Assembly (NCBI RefSeq): GCF_009914755.1
Contig: NC_060944.1
From: the human T2T-CHM13v2.0 reference genome, Homo sapiens
Length of the DNA: 64,000 nt
Reading direction: 5' to 3' (one strand)
This document shows, piece after piece, positions 12,381 to 27,224 of the stretch; positions within the stretch are counted from its first letter, which is position 1, and the number at the start of each line of letters is the position of its first letter. Both the position numbers and the translations under genes were made by a program. The notes below the pieces were generated by a model. It was not told where the DNA came from, did no database searches, and was given only the letters and a program-made list of their open reading frames with translations.

Positions 12381-12916
12381 CTTCTTCACCCTGATGTGGG
12401 GGAGCTCTTTCGGCCTTTCCTTTACTGCAACCCGAAAAGGAAAAAAGAGGGAAAAGCAGGCACATTTCTTGACCAGAAAAAATAAACAAAAACAAAAGCC
12501 CCTTGTGCTCCATGGGGGAGAGCGTGAAGCCCCCGAGCGCCACTGCCCCCGGTCCCAGGAGGCTCAAAGTCCTCTCTGCTCAGAGAGCCGGGGGTGCTTG
12601 GCCCCACCCTGTCCCCCTTCCCAGCCACTTGGTATTTACATGTACAGCTGGACCCCGAGAGAATCCCCATTCTAAGCCCAACAGTACATTCTGGGGCGTT
12701 TTAAAGAAGATAAGAAAGTAGCTCAGAGGTTTGCCAGGCTGCCTCATTCCTGGGATTTTTAGTGTGAGCCTTGGAGCTGGTGGGCTTGAATGTGGGGTTC
12801 CTGCAGTTGGGTCCCCCTGACGCCCCCGGCCCTTCCCTGTCACTCCGGGGTGTAATTAGGAGTGTCCCCCAGGATTGAGGGAGTGTGGTCTCGAGCTGGT
12901 TGGACTCAAGGCTGTT

Positions 12917-14350
<1,434 letters not shown>

Positions 14351-17300
14351 AGGCTGTTCTACTTTATTTCCAGGGAGCTGCACAACCTGGGGTCTTCTCT
14401 GGGGCCGTGGGCTCTGAGGGCCGAAGGCCACGTTCCCCGGGTGTTGGTGTGGACCTCGGCACGGCCCCCACTGACCTGCATGGGCCGAGGTCCTGCAAGA
14501 GAACGGGCTCCATTTGCGTCTGAGGGCCAGGATGCCTGCACTGGGGATCACGCTGTGCCTCGGATGGAGCCTCCAATCTCGGGGATGCCATTTTACCCTG
14601 GAGGCCATCGGGCTTCATGCCCCACGGGCATTGTATCGGCTTCCGTGTGGCCCCGAGAGCAGGGCAATCCGAGGGCAAGGCCAAGGGAGTGGTGAGCGTG
14701 GCCTGCAGGGCGGAGCCAGGCGAAGTGGGGTGGGGCTGGAGGCCGCCCGGGCTCTGGTTGGTGGGCAGAGGCAGGAAGCCACTGGTAGCTCAGCACAGCA
14801 CAGGGCTGATGTCAGGGGCGGCACCCAGCCAAGACCCAGGGAGCTGGGTGCTTTCAGCTTCTCTTTGCCAGTCAGCTGCTATGAGGGCCTAAGCAGTCCC
14901 CATGGCTTCCTGCTGAGACACCTAGGTCCCCCATGACTTCCTGCTGGGACAGAGACCCCCTCTGAGAGGCAGGTGCCAACCCTGAGCAGGCCCCCGAGGT
15001 TCCCTCCCATTCTCCTGGTACCAGGGCTGGGCGGGCAGGGTTCCGGCCTGTGGCACTCAGGCTGGTGATGTCAGAATACGCTGCGGGTGCCCTGGACTCC
15101 TGCTCCGGTTCCCTGAGGGGTCATGACCTTGAGTACTCATGAGAGACAGCTTCTCACACTCACTTCCGCGTGCCTTCCCCAAACGCGGAGCTGCCTCCTG
15201 GTGCAGCCTGAGGCATTTTCTCATGGTCTGTCCAGAACAGTTTCTGGGTCAGATTCAGTTTTCAGAAGCAGAAGCCACAGCATTCGTCCTCTGCTCCGTC
15301 CACACGCGGCACCCACCCCAAGGAGGCGGCACAGCCTGGCGCCAGCCACAGGGCTCAGCAGAGAGAGGGGAATTAAACAGCCACTGGCTGGGAAAGGACG
15401 TTTCAAGGGCGTACCACGCGGCCAATTCAATGGAAAACCAAACTGCAAGCGGGAATGTGCATCAGAACCAGCCCGGAGCCAGCAGGCGTTGCTGGAGCAG
15501 GGTGGTGGGAGGTGGCGTTCCAGGCCTGGTTGCACTCCGGTTTGTCCTTCAGGTGCGTGAGGCCGCCTCTGCCATGGCTCTAGGCACGTCCCTGCCAGTG
15601 GGGGCTCCAGCATAATCCCTCGTCCTGCAGACACAGCACCCCCCACCCCCCGCAGGAAGTGCTGCATCCGGCTGCCTGGGCCGTGGTGCCCCTGGGGTCA
15701 GGGACGTGGCAGGTGCGGAGGCCGTGCTCGGTGCCAGGCTCTGAGAGGTGACATTGCCTCACCTGGGTCGAGCTCCAGCCACCGAGGACGATGGAATGAC
15801 TGGGGTGTCTTCCGGGAGCCGTTTGATTGTCTCTGGAGAATCAGCCGAGGCTGGTGCCGCCTTGGAGCAAAAACAGGGGAAATGAGACTCCACACCTTCT
15901 GCCAAGACTTTAATTCTCTTCCAAGCTTCAGAACTGAAATAATTTTAGAAGTCATTGTTCATCAGCTGGCTCTGTTTTCCACAGCTTAAAAATGTCCTGA
16001 ATGGTTGTGGAGTCAGGGTGCTAAAATAACAACGCAAACCGGGAGGAGGCCGGGATGCAGACAGAAAGAGAGGACCCGGCCTGAACCAAGCACTGGCCAC
16101 GGAGGCTCGTGGCAGCGCTGAGGGGAGGATGGTAGCCTCCTGCCTGTGGCTGCCGGGGCTCACATCTGAGCGCCACTGGCTTACCAGGACTCCGACTGGG
16201 CTTGCCAGGCAGCGGCCCTTGGGAACCGGGGACGTCCAGGCAGCCAAGGCCTTGCTCTCAGCCATGCATGCCACTGGCCTTCAACAGGCTTTCCTTAGGT
16301 CGGCATTTTAAACAAACCCCAGGGTGGGTCCTGGTGAGGATGCTCTGTTCTCTGTGCTGTCCTCTAACTGCAGGGACGCTGGGTCCGCAGCTTCCATGGG
16401 CTGGGCGGCTCTGGTTTGGGCCGGGGTGGATCCTGGCTGTGCATTCGTGGACATCAGCTTCTCTAGGGTTTGGGATGGGGGATGGTTTATCTCAAACCCC
16501 CAACCCCTCACTGGACCTCAGGCCTGCTGCAAAGCAGAGGCTAGGGTTGGCTTTAACTCGCTGCCCCATGCAGGCTGCGGACACTCCAGGAGATGCTCTG
16601 TTTTCCCGCCCAGCAGTCACCATCACGGAGATGGAGGCCTGAGGTGCAGTCTTTTCTCCCTGCTTCTCTTCCTCTTGTGGGAATCACTGCAAATGAGACC
16701 ACAGCAGCCTGGGCCTTGCCAGCAGCAAATGCTCAGTGGTAGAGCCAGGCGGCCCTTTTCTCCTGAAAGCCTTGTCCTGGGTCAGGCCCGGGAAGAAAGG
16801 ATGGGGACAGGAAAGGACGAGGCTGCGGCTGCCGTCCCCCAGGGCAGCCACGCCTGGGCAGCCCCCGGACAGAGCCTGTTTCAGCCCTCAGACTTCACGG
16901 GGCAAGATCACAGCCCTCTCACCTGGCTTCATATGGCAGTGCCACAGAGGCCCCTCCCTGACTGCTCCAGGCTCTCCCTGACCCCTCCCTGACCTCTCTA
17001 GGGATCTCGTGGGGACCCACAGGCCATACGACATTCTGAGGGCCTGGAACGGTGACTTCCCTGACACTTTTCTGTTATTTTAAGTAAAATAATACATGCT
17101 CACCACCAAGGCCATTTCTGGTTGAATTTTTTTGGCTCAGATTAGATAATGCTAAATTTTATGCTAATTTAAAGTGTCAAACAAGAGGCCAAGCCGCGGT
17201 TCTCCGTGGTCCCCTGCTGCACCAGGTTATGTAACCGTGTTTCTCCTGCTCGTTTGCCTGGCGCCCCCCAGGCCCGTGTCTTTTCTATTTTGGGTGTAGA

Positions 17301-18616
17301 CGGAGGTCCTTCTGTCTGAGCTTTGGAGCACAAGGGTCTGGGCATCCTTCAGTTAGGGGAAGGGCTTTGATCCCTGAGTGCCTGCGACCTTGTGGGGACA
17401 GCGTGATCATGAAATATGGAATTCAAAGGTTCCCAGGTTTGAGATGTTGACACGTGAGTACTTTGCCTTCACCAGTCCTGGAAAGACCTGGTGGGGGAAG
17501 AGGACAATGACAAAGTTGCTGTGTGGATGGGCGGCGCGTGCAGAAGGCAGGGCCTCGGGCTGCAGGGGGATGTGCCCCTGTCTGCCTCCTGCCTCGAGTG
17601 GTCAGGCCGGTGCTGGGACATACCCACTTGCCCCACCCCAACCCGGAAGGACAGTCCTTGTGCCGGGCCCTTCCCACGGGAGCATCTGTGGGATGCAGAG
17701 CCTGCCAGCACCGGCATGTCCACCTGGGGCCACTCAGCGTTTTGTTTTTGATGTCAAGGTGAATGCCCCTGTGTAGGTTCAGCAAAATGAAGGACTGTAT
17801 ATTAAGTGTGTTACACACACATGAATGAATGCCTGGACTTGTAGAATGAGGAAACTCACCAAGCACCTACAAGGACCTGGAGAAAGAGAGAAAGAGGTGG
17901 GAGGGAGGAGGGGTGGGCCGAGACCTCAGCCCGTGGAGCTCATGGTGGGTGAGGGGAGGAGAGATGCTTAGGAGAACAAAAGCCAGCCTGGCTGGTGGTG
18001 AGGTCACGGCCAGGGGAGCACCCAGTAGAAGGGGACAGCAGCTATAAACACTGAGGACCAGGAAGGGCTCCCTGCAAAGGGGCAGTGTGGCCAGGACTGG
18101 AGGGAGGCAGGGGCGTCGAGACCCGCGGGGGCGTCGAGACCCCCGTGTGCCTGAGCACGGCCTATGCCTGCCCTGTGGCTACGATGAGAAACATCCCACG
18201 TGGGCTGCCAGTGGACGAATTGCCAGCACCTGCCATCTCCTGACATCACTCTCCTTCGAGGCTCACTCTTCTTCACTCAGAGTTGCTCACGGATTCGCCT
18301 GTTCCCTCATTCACTCATTGGTTCAGCCACCAAATTACTCATTCATTCATTCATTCACTCACTTATTCATGCGTTGAACACCTGGCTGACGTTTTGGGGA
18401 GCAGGGTTGGGACGTGCAGCACCCCACAGCGCTTTGTGGAGCTCTGATGGCCTCACACTCCTTGACCACCAAGCACCAGCCCCTGGGCCGCGAGCCAGCC
18501 AGGCTGTTGCCGTGTGTGAGACCCAGAGGCAGAGGTGGGAGCTGGGCCCCACGCTGAATTCATGGGCTTTTGTCTGCCTCTGCCCACCTGTGTCTGTTTA
18601 TTCACCCGTCCCCTCC

Positions 18617-19671
18617 CTGCACCCCAGTCCCCACCCCCACAGCAGCAAAGGCAGCCCCAGCATTGACACCCAGCAGTGGGGCCTGCACCCCAGTCCCCAC
18701 CCCCACAGCAGCAAAGGCAGCCCCAGCATTGACACCCAGCAGTGGGGCCTGCACCCCAGTCCCCACCCCCACAGCAGGAAAGGCAGCCCCAGCATTGACA
18801 CCCAGCAGTGGGGCCTGCACCCCAGTCCCCACCCCCACAGCAGCAAAGGCAGCCCCAGCATTGACACCCAGCAGTGGGGCCTGCACCCCAGTCCCCACCC
18901 CCACAGCAGCAAAGGCAGCCCCAGCATTGACACCCAGCAGTGGGGCCTGCACCCCAGTCCCCACCCCCACAGCAGCAAAGGCAGCCCCAGCATTGACACC
19001 CAGCAGTGGGGCCTGCACCCCAGTCCCCACCCCCACAGCAGCAAAGGCAGCCCCAGCATTGACACCCAGCAGTGGGGCCTGCACCCCAGTCCCCACCCCC
19101 ACAGCAGCAAAGGCAGCCCCGGCATTGACACCCAGCAGTGGGGCCTGCACCCCAGTCCCCACCCCCACAGCAGCAAAGTCAGCCCCGGCATTGACACCCA
19201 GCAGTGGGGCCTGCACCCCAGTCCCCACCCCCACAGCAGCAAAGGCAGCCCCGGCATTGACACCCAGCAGTGGGGCCTGCACCCCAGTCCCCACCCCCAC
19301 AGCAGCAAAGGCAGCCCCGGCATTGACACCCAGCAGTGGGGCCTGCACCCCAGTCCCCACCCCCACAGCAGCAAAGGCAGCCCCGGCATTGACACCCAGC
19401 AGTGGGGCCTGCACCCCAGTCCCCACCCCCACAGCAGCAAAGTCAGCCCCGGCATTGACACCCAGCAGTGGGGCCTGCACCCCAGTCCCCACCCCCACAG
19501 CAGCAAAGGCAGCCCCGGCATTGACACCCAGCAGTGGGGCCTGCACCCCAGTCCCCACCCCCACAGCAGCAAAGGCAGCCCCGGCATTGACACCCAGCAG
19601 TGGGGCCTGCACCCCAGTCCCCACCCCCACAGCAGCAAAGGCAGCCCCAGCATTGACACCCAGCAGTGGGG
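18617..19671. repeat. 66-bp VNTR, 16 near-identical copies
   Basis: Unit CTGCACCCCAGTCCCCACCCCCACAGCAGCAAAGGCAGCCCC(A/G)GCATTGACACCCAGCAGTGGGGC; 22-aa periodicity in the ORF track. Confidence 0.97.
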
Positions 19672-20112
19672 GCCGAACAGACCCCAGACAAGGAGGGGCC
19701 ACCAGGAAGCCTCTGCCAACAACAGCCCCACTAGGCCTCCCGCTTCCTGTCTGCCCTGCCAGCCCTGGTCAGGATAGCATTGAGGGTGAGGGCATCGGGG
19801 GCCATGGCCAGGATGGGAGGAGGCAGCGCTGCCACCCACCACCCCCGGCTCTGGGGAGCTGGACTCGGTGCCCATCCCACTGAAACCATCTGCTGTCCTG
19901 GAGCCCAGAGATGCCCGGGCCTGCCGAGGTGGGCAGCAAGAAGGTGCGATGAGGTGTTTCTACAGAAATAGCAGGCTGGCCATCCCACAGACAGCACAAG
20001 GACCTTCCCCCTTTCCTCCCAGAGAGGAATCTGCATGTCTCCTCCCTCCCAGAGAAAACAGGAGCTCCTTGTCCAAGTCATTCAGGGATTTTCCAAGGGA
20101 GAGGGAGTTTTT

Positions 20113-20416
20113 TTATTGTTTGTTTGTTTGTTTTCAGAGTCTTGCTGTGTCACTGAGGCTGGAGTGGAGTGCAACGGCATGATCTTGGCTCACTGCAACC
20201 TCTGCCTCCCTGGTTCAAGTGATTTTTCTGCTCAGCCTCCTGAGTAGCTGGGATTACAGGTGCACACCACCACGCCCAGCTAATTTTTGTATTTTTAGTA
20301 GAGATAGGGTTTTGCCATATTGGCCAATCTGGTCTCGAACTCCTGACCTCAGGTGATCAGCTTGCCTTGGCCTCCCAAAGTGCTGGGATTACAGGCGTGA
20401 GCCACCGCGCCTGGCC
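20113..20416 (-). mobile_element. AluSx-like element
   Basis: Full dimer; flanked on both sides by GAGGGAGTTTTT (TSD). Confidence 0.93.
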
Positions 20417-20930
20417 GGGAGGGAGTTTTTAAAGAGGTCAGACCTCTTCCTGATTTTGGGGTGCAGAGCCAGCACCATCCAAGGAGATGCTGCGGGGTTG
20501 GGAGGGAGGACCGGGTCCATGCTCCCCAGTGGAGGTGCCGGCTCTGGGAGACACAGGGCCCCTCGCCCTGCATGCATGCACATGCGGCTTCTCAGGGCAG
20601 CTGGACTTGCTCTGTTCATGAGCTCTTGGCCTTCTGAAACTGCTAGTTAGAGGCCAGTTAGAATGCTTGGCCTAGAGAGGCCCCTGTTCCCCCATCGGAG
20701 CTGAGCTGCCATCTCTCATCAGAGGCTCGTGTCAGAAAGCCCTGGTGGAGGAAAGCCAACACTTGGGAAGCACAGGGAGGCAGGCTGGACCCGGTGTCCT
20801 TGCGGGCTGTTGGCAACACCGTCTGGAGAGGGACCGGGCCCTGTGCCCGCCAGTCCCCAGGGCGGGGCGGCCTGAGCTGGCCTGGTCTGCTGTCCTTGGG
20901 ATCAGGCCAGGACTCAGCTCTGTGCCTGGG

Positions 20931-20951
20931 GGCCCTCTCCAAGGTGCTGAC
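20931..20951 (-). promoter_or_regulatory. Canonical REST/NRSF RE1 motif
   Basis: Minus strand GTCAGCACCTTGGAGAGGGCC versus consensus TTCAGCACCnnGGACAGCGCC. Confidence 0.6.
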
Positions 20952-21437
20952 GACACCATGTTCCAGCCTTCACTCCTGCCAGCCTGGGAGACCTTCGAGC
21001 GGCTTTAACAAACCCCATCGCAACTGGGCTTGCCTTGAACACAGCCCTGGACAATGGCTCTGTCTGGGTGTCTTTGGGAATACACGTCTTTTTACTAACT
21101 TCAGTCAGACCTTCAGCCTTCCTTGATCCAGCCTCTCTGTTCTTCCCCTGCTCCTCCTCCCCACCCCACCCTCCCTCCCACAGCAATTCCCCAAAGGAGC
21201 AGAGGCAGAGGGAGAGCCTTCCTCTGCTTGTCCCTTGAGAAGAGGATGTGGAAACGTCAGAGATTCTCCTGAGAGTTGCAGGCAGGCGGGGAGGACAGAC
21301 GTACTTGGGACACTTCCTGCTGTGATTCCAAACTCTGCTGACCCAAGGAGGAGGTCTGCATGCCCTGCGCTGTTGACTGTGTGACACTGTGTTTATGCTG
21401 AAATATGGAGTCCCAGGAGGCTGGGCCATTTCCCTCT

Positions 21438-21603
21438 GTTTCTTTTCTTTTCTTTTTCTTTCTTTCTTTCTTTTTTTTTTTTTTTTTTAACACAGGGTCT
21501 CACTATATTGCCCAGGCTGGTCTTGAACTCCCGGGCTCAAGTGATCCTCCTGCCTCGGCCTCCCACAGTGTTGGATTACACATGTCAGCCAATACGCCTG
21601 GCC
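21438..21603 (-). mobile_element. Alu monomer (FLAM/AluJ left arm)
   Basis: T-rich tail followed by CAGGGTCTCACTATATTGCCCAGGCTGGTCTTGAACTCCCGGGCTCAAGTGATCC. Confidence 0.85.
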
Positions 21604-22084
21604 CCTATTTCCTTTCCCACTTAATGAAACAAAATATTTAGCTGGATAACAATTATTTCACTTTCTGAAGTCAACACGAGTCTATTTGCAAATACCTAGA
21701 ATTCATTCTAGTAGCAGGAGGCAAAACTACGAGCCTGTGTTGGTCAGCGTGGCTCTGCTGCTCGGCTTTTCATGCCACATTAGATGGGCATCTGCCCAGT
21801 ACTGTGTCCCCCTTTGCCCAGCATTCAGCCCTTGTCATTGAGAGGGGACAGATGCAGGTGGATGATGAGAGCAGGCTGCCAGAGCTGAGTGTGGGCAGGG
21901 GTGGAGGCAACCTGAAGTAGACACTCTGCTGGGTGCTCAAGCTGCCAAACCCTGCTGGTAAAACAGAGATGCCTAAAGGATTTGGAGCCAGACAGGGAGG
22001 CTGAGTGGGGGGAAACAGCCCAGCATGGTGGGCTAGGTCATGGGCCCTGGACAACTCGTGTCTGGTGGAGTGCTGACTCTGCAG

Positions 22085-22180
22085 TGAGGGTGTGACCTTG
22101 GGGAGCTGAGAAGATTGAAGAGCTCATTTTTGAACCCTCATTCCTTTCTTGGTTTCCTCATCTGTAAAGGGGTCATGTTA
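22085..22180. mobile_element. MIR fragment
   Basis: TGTGACCTTGGG...GTTTCCTCATCTGTAAA core. Confidence 0.55.
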
Positions 22181-22729
22181 CTAGGGTCTCATGTAAACTC
22201 TGGCCCCTTGGTCAGCACTCAGCTTCACAGGTGTTGCCTCGGTCCCCAGCTCTCAGGTGCCCGGGCTGGTGAGAGGGCACTGCGCCAGGCGCAGCAGCTC
22301 TGCAAAGGTGGTGACCCAGGACACCTACCCTTCTCTGCAGCTCAGCCCGTGAATTTGCACCACAAATTTCAATGAAGTCATCTTAAGAAGATCTCACTTT
22401 GTTCCTTCTTCCAGAGGCGGGTGGGTGGGAGGCCCAGCTCCCCTTTCAGAGAGGACCTTCCTCACATGCTACCCTGTCCAGCCCCACGCCGTTTTCGGTG
22501 ACAGGGGCCTGGACAGATCCCTGGTTCAGAGCCCACCCCACTGGAAGTACAGGAGACTGAGTCAGAGGCCAGTCAGGCCGGATGAGATCAACAGTGATTT
22601 GCCTCCAAGCCCTGATTCCTCCCTGAGGAATGCTCCTGAGAAAACGCTGGCTCCCACTCACAGCTGGAGCTTCAAAGGTTGGTCTAGCACTGACCGTGTG
22701 GACCCACGTGCTTCTGTCTGGAAAAGCCC

Positions 22730-23560
22730 CACAAGCCCCGCCCCATAAGACCCCGCCCCTCTTAGCTCCGCCCACAAGGCCACTTCCCAGCTCCGCCCAT
22801 CTCGCGTCTGTACCCTACAGGCTCTGCCTGGTTCCACCCCACCGCTTCTGCCACCCACTCTAAGGACCCGCTCCTCCCCGCCCCCGCCCCCAAAGCCGCT
22901 CCTCTCACGGCCCCCGACCCCGCAGGCACCGACTGTTCTCAGCCCCGCCCCTCGAGGCCCCGCCCCGCGGCTTCCCGCCGGGGATTGCGGCTGCGCCTCT
23001 GACCCTCCACTCCGGGCTCCGGGCTCAGGTCCCACACCTGCCCGCGCCCCCAGGCCCCGCCGTCCCCCAGAGCCTGCAGCGGGCGCCGCGCAGGCCGCCG
23101 GGCTCCTCCGGGTGGGCCGGGCTCGGGCTTTTGGAGCCGCGCGCCCACCGACCCCTCCCACGGGCGGCGGGGGGAGAGCCCACCCAGAGGCGCAGCGGGG
23201 CCGGTGGTGTTTCCCGCCCTCCCAGGGGGCCGCGGGTCCGGGGGCAGCAGCGGGGCGCGGGGCGGAGGGAGGCCCGGCGGGAACGGGCGCCCCCTTTGCA
23301 CCCACAGCCGTGGAACGCCGAGGTCTCAGCTCCCCTACGGCGCGCGCCCCGAGACCCCGCAAGGGCAGTGCTGGGGACGCGGGGCCGAGACTCGAGGACG
23401 CCCGAGGCCGGGACGGGGTGTGGGGGCGTCCCCCAGGCTCCCGGGTCCCAGTGCAGGGGCTCGCGGTCAGGAGGTTAGGTGGATGAGTGAAGGGGAAAAG
23501 CGCGGTTCTAGCTGCCTGCTCAGGCTTGGGGCGATGTGAACGTCGGGGTTTGCCCCTCGA
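22730..23560. promoter_or_regulatory. CpG island with clustered Sp/KLF GC boxes (promoter-like)
   Basis: Dense CpG; repeated CCCCGCCCC / CTCCGCCC motifs at 22737-22970. Confidence 0.75.
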
Positions 23561-25158
23561 CCCCCCACCAGAACGCAGATACTTCTCAGCAAAGAGGAGC
23601 TTGGGGCAGCCCACTCCCCACAGAGGAAGGGAGGGGCCCGCTCCACGGAGGACCTGGGGGGCTGGAGGAACAGGCACCCCCATGCCAGGCAGGACCCGAG
23701 GGATCGGTACAGGGCACGGGGAGAGGGGCCTGGGGGAAGCTGTTGACCCCGTGATCCTTTTTACAAACTTGTAAATCAGAGAGAAATTAATTCAGATGCT
23801 GCAATTTTTTCTGATAAACCTCGAAACATGTAAATATCAAACCCTCTTCCTTCAGTCACTAAAACAAATGGAAAACACATTTATTAGCATAGAGATGAGT
23901 TTAATCAAATCAGCCTGAGTGCAAATTAGCCACAGGAAATGCAATGAGCTGGGAATTAATTAGCAGCGTAATGATGATAAGGTGGCCTGCTGACTGCCTG
24001 GAGGCCGCCTCTCCCCACGGTTGCCGGGCTCCTGGCAGCTCAGCTTTTCCTTTGCAAGAGGCCCTGAGCGGGGACCACTGGACAGCCCCCTGGACCCCTT
24101 GGAGAGCTGCAGAGGAGAGGCTTCAGGGGGATGCCTCCCTTGGGGGGCAGGTCTGTGTGTTCTAGGGGAGCCCAGCCTACCCTCCCCCGGGGTGCTCGTG
24201 GCTTCCTCTCTAGGAGGCCAGGGATGGGGAATGAGGCCTTGGGATGGTTTGAGGCCTTCGGGAGCCCAGGAGAGGGCCTGGCCCCAGGGCAGTCCGGCCC
24301 AGAGGGGGCTGCCTGCTCTGAAGGAGGGGCTTCCCAATGTAGAGGTCCCAGTGGCCCTGGGTCCCAGCTGGGGGTGGACTTTGGTGACAGGCAGCCCCCA
24401 CCTGAACTGGAGGAGCCTCATCGAGGGTCCTAAATGATACTACAGATGAGACGTGCATTTCAAATCTGAGGGCAAGGCTGGGACCCTGGGCCCTGGCACG
24501 TGGGACTCTGGAATCCACCTGAGTGCCCATTCCTGCAGGAATTCCTGAGATTGCTTGGCACCTTGCGGGTTGTGGCTGGTACTGAGGTGAGCGGTTGAAA
24601 TGTCCCCCAGGACTGGTCAGCTGCCCTCCCAGTTGGGCTGGGTGCCCAAGTGTTCACAGGGCTCTTGGGAGGACCTGGGTGGCCTTGTGCACCCTGGGGG
24701 CTGTTGGTCTAAGGGTGCAGGGGCTCCCTGGAGGTCGGGAGCTCTCCCTGGGGCCAGCTGCAGCCCTGCGATGTGCCCTCCCCTCCCTGCACAGGCTGGA
24801 CACACAGGGACACTTCTTCCCCGGAGGCTTCTCCAGTCCCCAGGAATCTGTCCCCCACCTGTCATCAGGAAACTTCAGAAGATCAGGAATTTTTTTCTGG
24901 AGCTGCATTTTGCACAGTTTCCTCTTTTTAAGGGAGGAGGCTCGGAGTCTCCGGTCACCACAGCCGATTTCCCTGAAGCCTCCGCAGGGGGCCACCCCCA
25001 CAGAGTTTTATATGCTAACAGTTCTTAAATTCGGAGTCCTGTGGGAAGGTGGGAAAGTTAGGTATATATACTTTTTAATGTTTTTGTTTTTGTTTTTTTG
25101 TTCTACTCAAAAAGTCATTGGTACCTAGGTAACACACTTAAAGAAAGGCACACTTTGT

Positions 25159-25462
25159 GGCTGGGCACAGTGGCTTACACCTGCAATCCCGGCATTAGGG
25201 GAGGCCGAGGCGGGCCAGTCTCGCTTGAGCCCAGGAATTTGAGACCAGACTGAGTAACATAGTGAGACCGCATCTCTACTAAGAAAAAAAAGGTTAGCCA
25301 GGCGTGGTGGTGCGCACCTGTGGACCCAGCCACTTGGGAGGCTCAGGTGGGAGGATCACTTGTACCCAGGTGGTTGAGGCTGCAGTGAGCCGTGATCAGG
25401 CCACTGATCTCCAGCCTGGGTGACAGAGTGAGACCCCGTCTCAAAATAATAACAATAAAATA
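25159..25462 (+). mobile_element. AluJ-family element
   Basis: GGCTGGGCACAGTGGCTTACACCTG...GGAGGATCACTTG...A-rich tail; TSD AAAGGCACA(C/T)TTTG. Confidence 0.92.
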
Positions 25463-26803
25463 AAGGCACATTTTGAGAACAGAAGATGTTTCTGAGTTTC
25501 ACATGTTGCCATATCCTGTGGACAGCTTATAGTGGGACACCAGGGCAGATATTGAAGTTTGATGTAACTTGTGAATGGCTTAAAAAGTGGTAATTTCTTG
25601 GGATCAGAAAGCTGATTAAGGCAAGGCTGAGAGGAGTCAGCTTGCCTCTCTTCCACAGCGTCCACTGGGACAGTTCAACCCTATCTGCGGGACCAATCTC
25701 CAAGACGTGAGTTGGCACAGCCATCAGTTCGTCTCCATGGATGTCTCCACGGGCAACCTGAGCTCCCACGTGGCATGGTGATGGTTCTGAAAGTGGGTGT
25801 TCCAGGAGACAGGAAGTGCCAGTTCCTTAAGGCCTGGGCCTGTGGTAAAATATGCATAACACGATTTACCTTATTAGCCATTTTAAGTGGTATTGAGTCT
25901 GTTCATAATGTTGTGCGGTCATCACGACTGTCCACCTCCAGAACTCTCTTCATCTTGTAAAACTGAAACTCTGTCCGAATTAAACAACTCCCATCCCCCC
26001 TCCCTCAAGCCTCAGCACCCACCGTTCTACTTTCTGTCTATGAATTTGACTAAGTACCTCACACCAGTGGAATCGTATAGTATTCGCCTTTTTGCGACTG
26101 TCTTATTTCACTTTGTATCAAGTCCTCAAATTTCATCCACGTTGTAGCATGGGTAAATTTCCTTCCTTTTTAAAGGCGGAATAATATTCCATTGCGTGGA
26201 TAGACCATATTTTGTATAGTCGTTCATCCTTCAATGGATATGGGGTTCATATTAGCTGTTATGAACAGTGCTGCTATGAACATGGGTTCACAGCATGCAC
26301 ATCTGCTATAGGTTATCTTTGAGACCCTGCTTTCAATTCTTTTGGGGGTGCACTCAGAAGTGGAATGGCTGGATCACGTGGTCATTCTATTTGGAGTTTT
26401 TTGAGGGAGTGCCATCCTGTTTTCCACAGTGGTGGCACCATTTTACACCCCCACCAGCCATGCACGAGGGTTCGTTTCTCCACATCCTCACCAACATTTG
26501 TTATTTTCGGTTTTTTCTCACAGTAGCCATCCCAGTGGGTGTGAGGCGCATCGCACTGTGGTTCTGATTTGCATTTTCCTCGTGGTTAGCGATGTTTCAT
26601 GTGCTTATTGGCCATGTGTATGTGTTCTTTGTAGAAATGTTTATCCAAGTCCTTTGCCCATTTCTGAGTTAGGTTTTTTGTTGTTGTTGAGTTTTAGAAG
26701 TCCTCTGTATATTATGGATATTAATCCCTAATCAGATATATGATTTGCAAATATTTTCTCCCATTTTCTGGGTTGCCTTTTTTCCCTGTTAATATTGTCT
26801 TTT

Positions 26804-27110
<307 letters not shown>

Positions 27111-27224
27111 TTATTTTTTACGAAGTCCAATTTGTCTGTTTTTTTCTTTTGTTGCCTGTGCCTTTGATGTTGTATCCAAGGAATCATTGCCACATCTAAT
27201 ATCATGAAGCTCTTGCCCTGTGTT

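Noticed and set aside
10523-12675. 608-aa, 475-aa and other overlapping ORFs (Cys-rich, metallothionein/keratin-associated look)
   Set aside because: Stop-free artefacts of the GTCC repeat, open in nearly all frames on both strands.
18200-19883. Mucin-like and elastin-like 22-aa repeat ORFs
   Set aside because: A 66-bp VNTR open in four frames; no signal peptide and no codon-biased variation.
22658-23683. 341-aa Pro/Ala/Gly/Arg-rich ORF
   Set aside because: Typical stop-poor CpG-island ORF with no recognisable homology.
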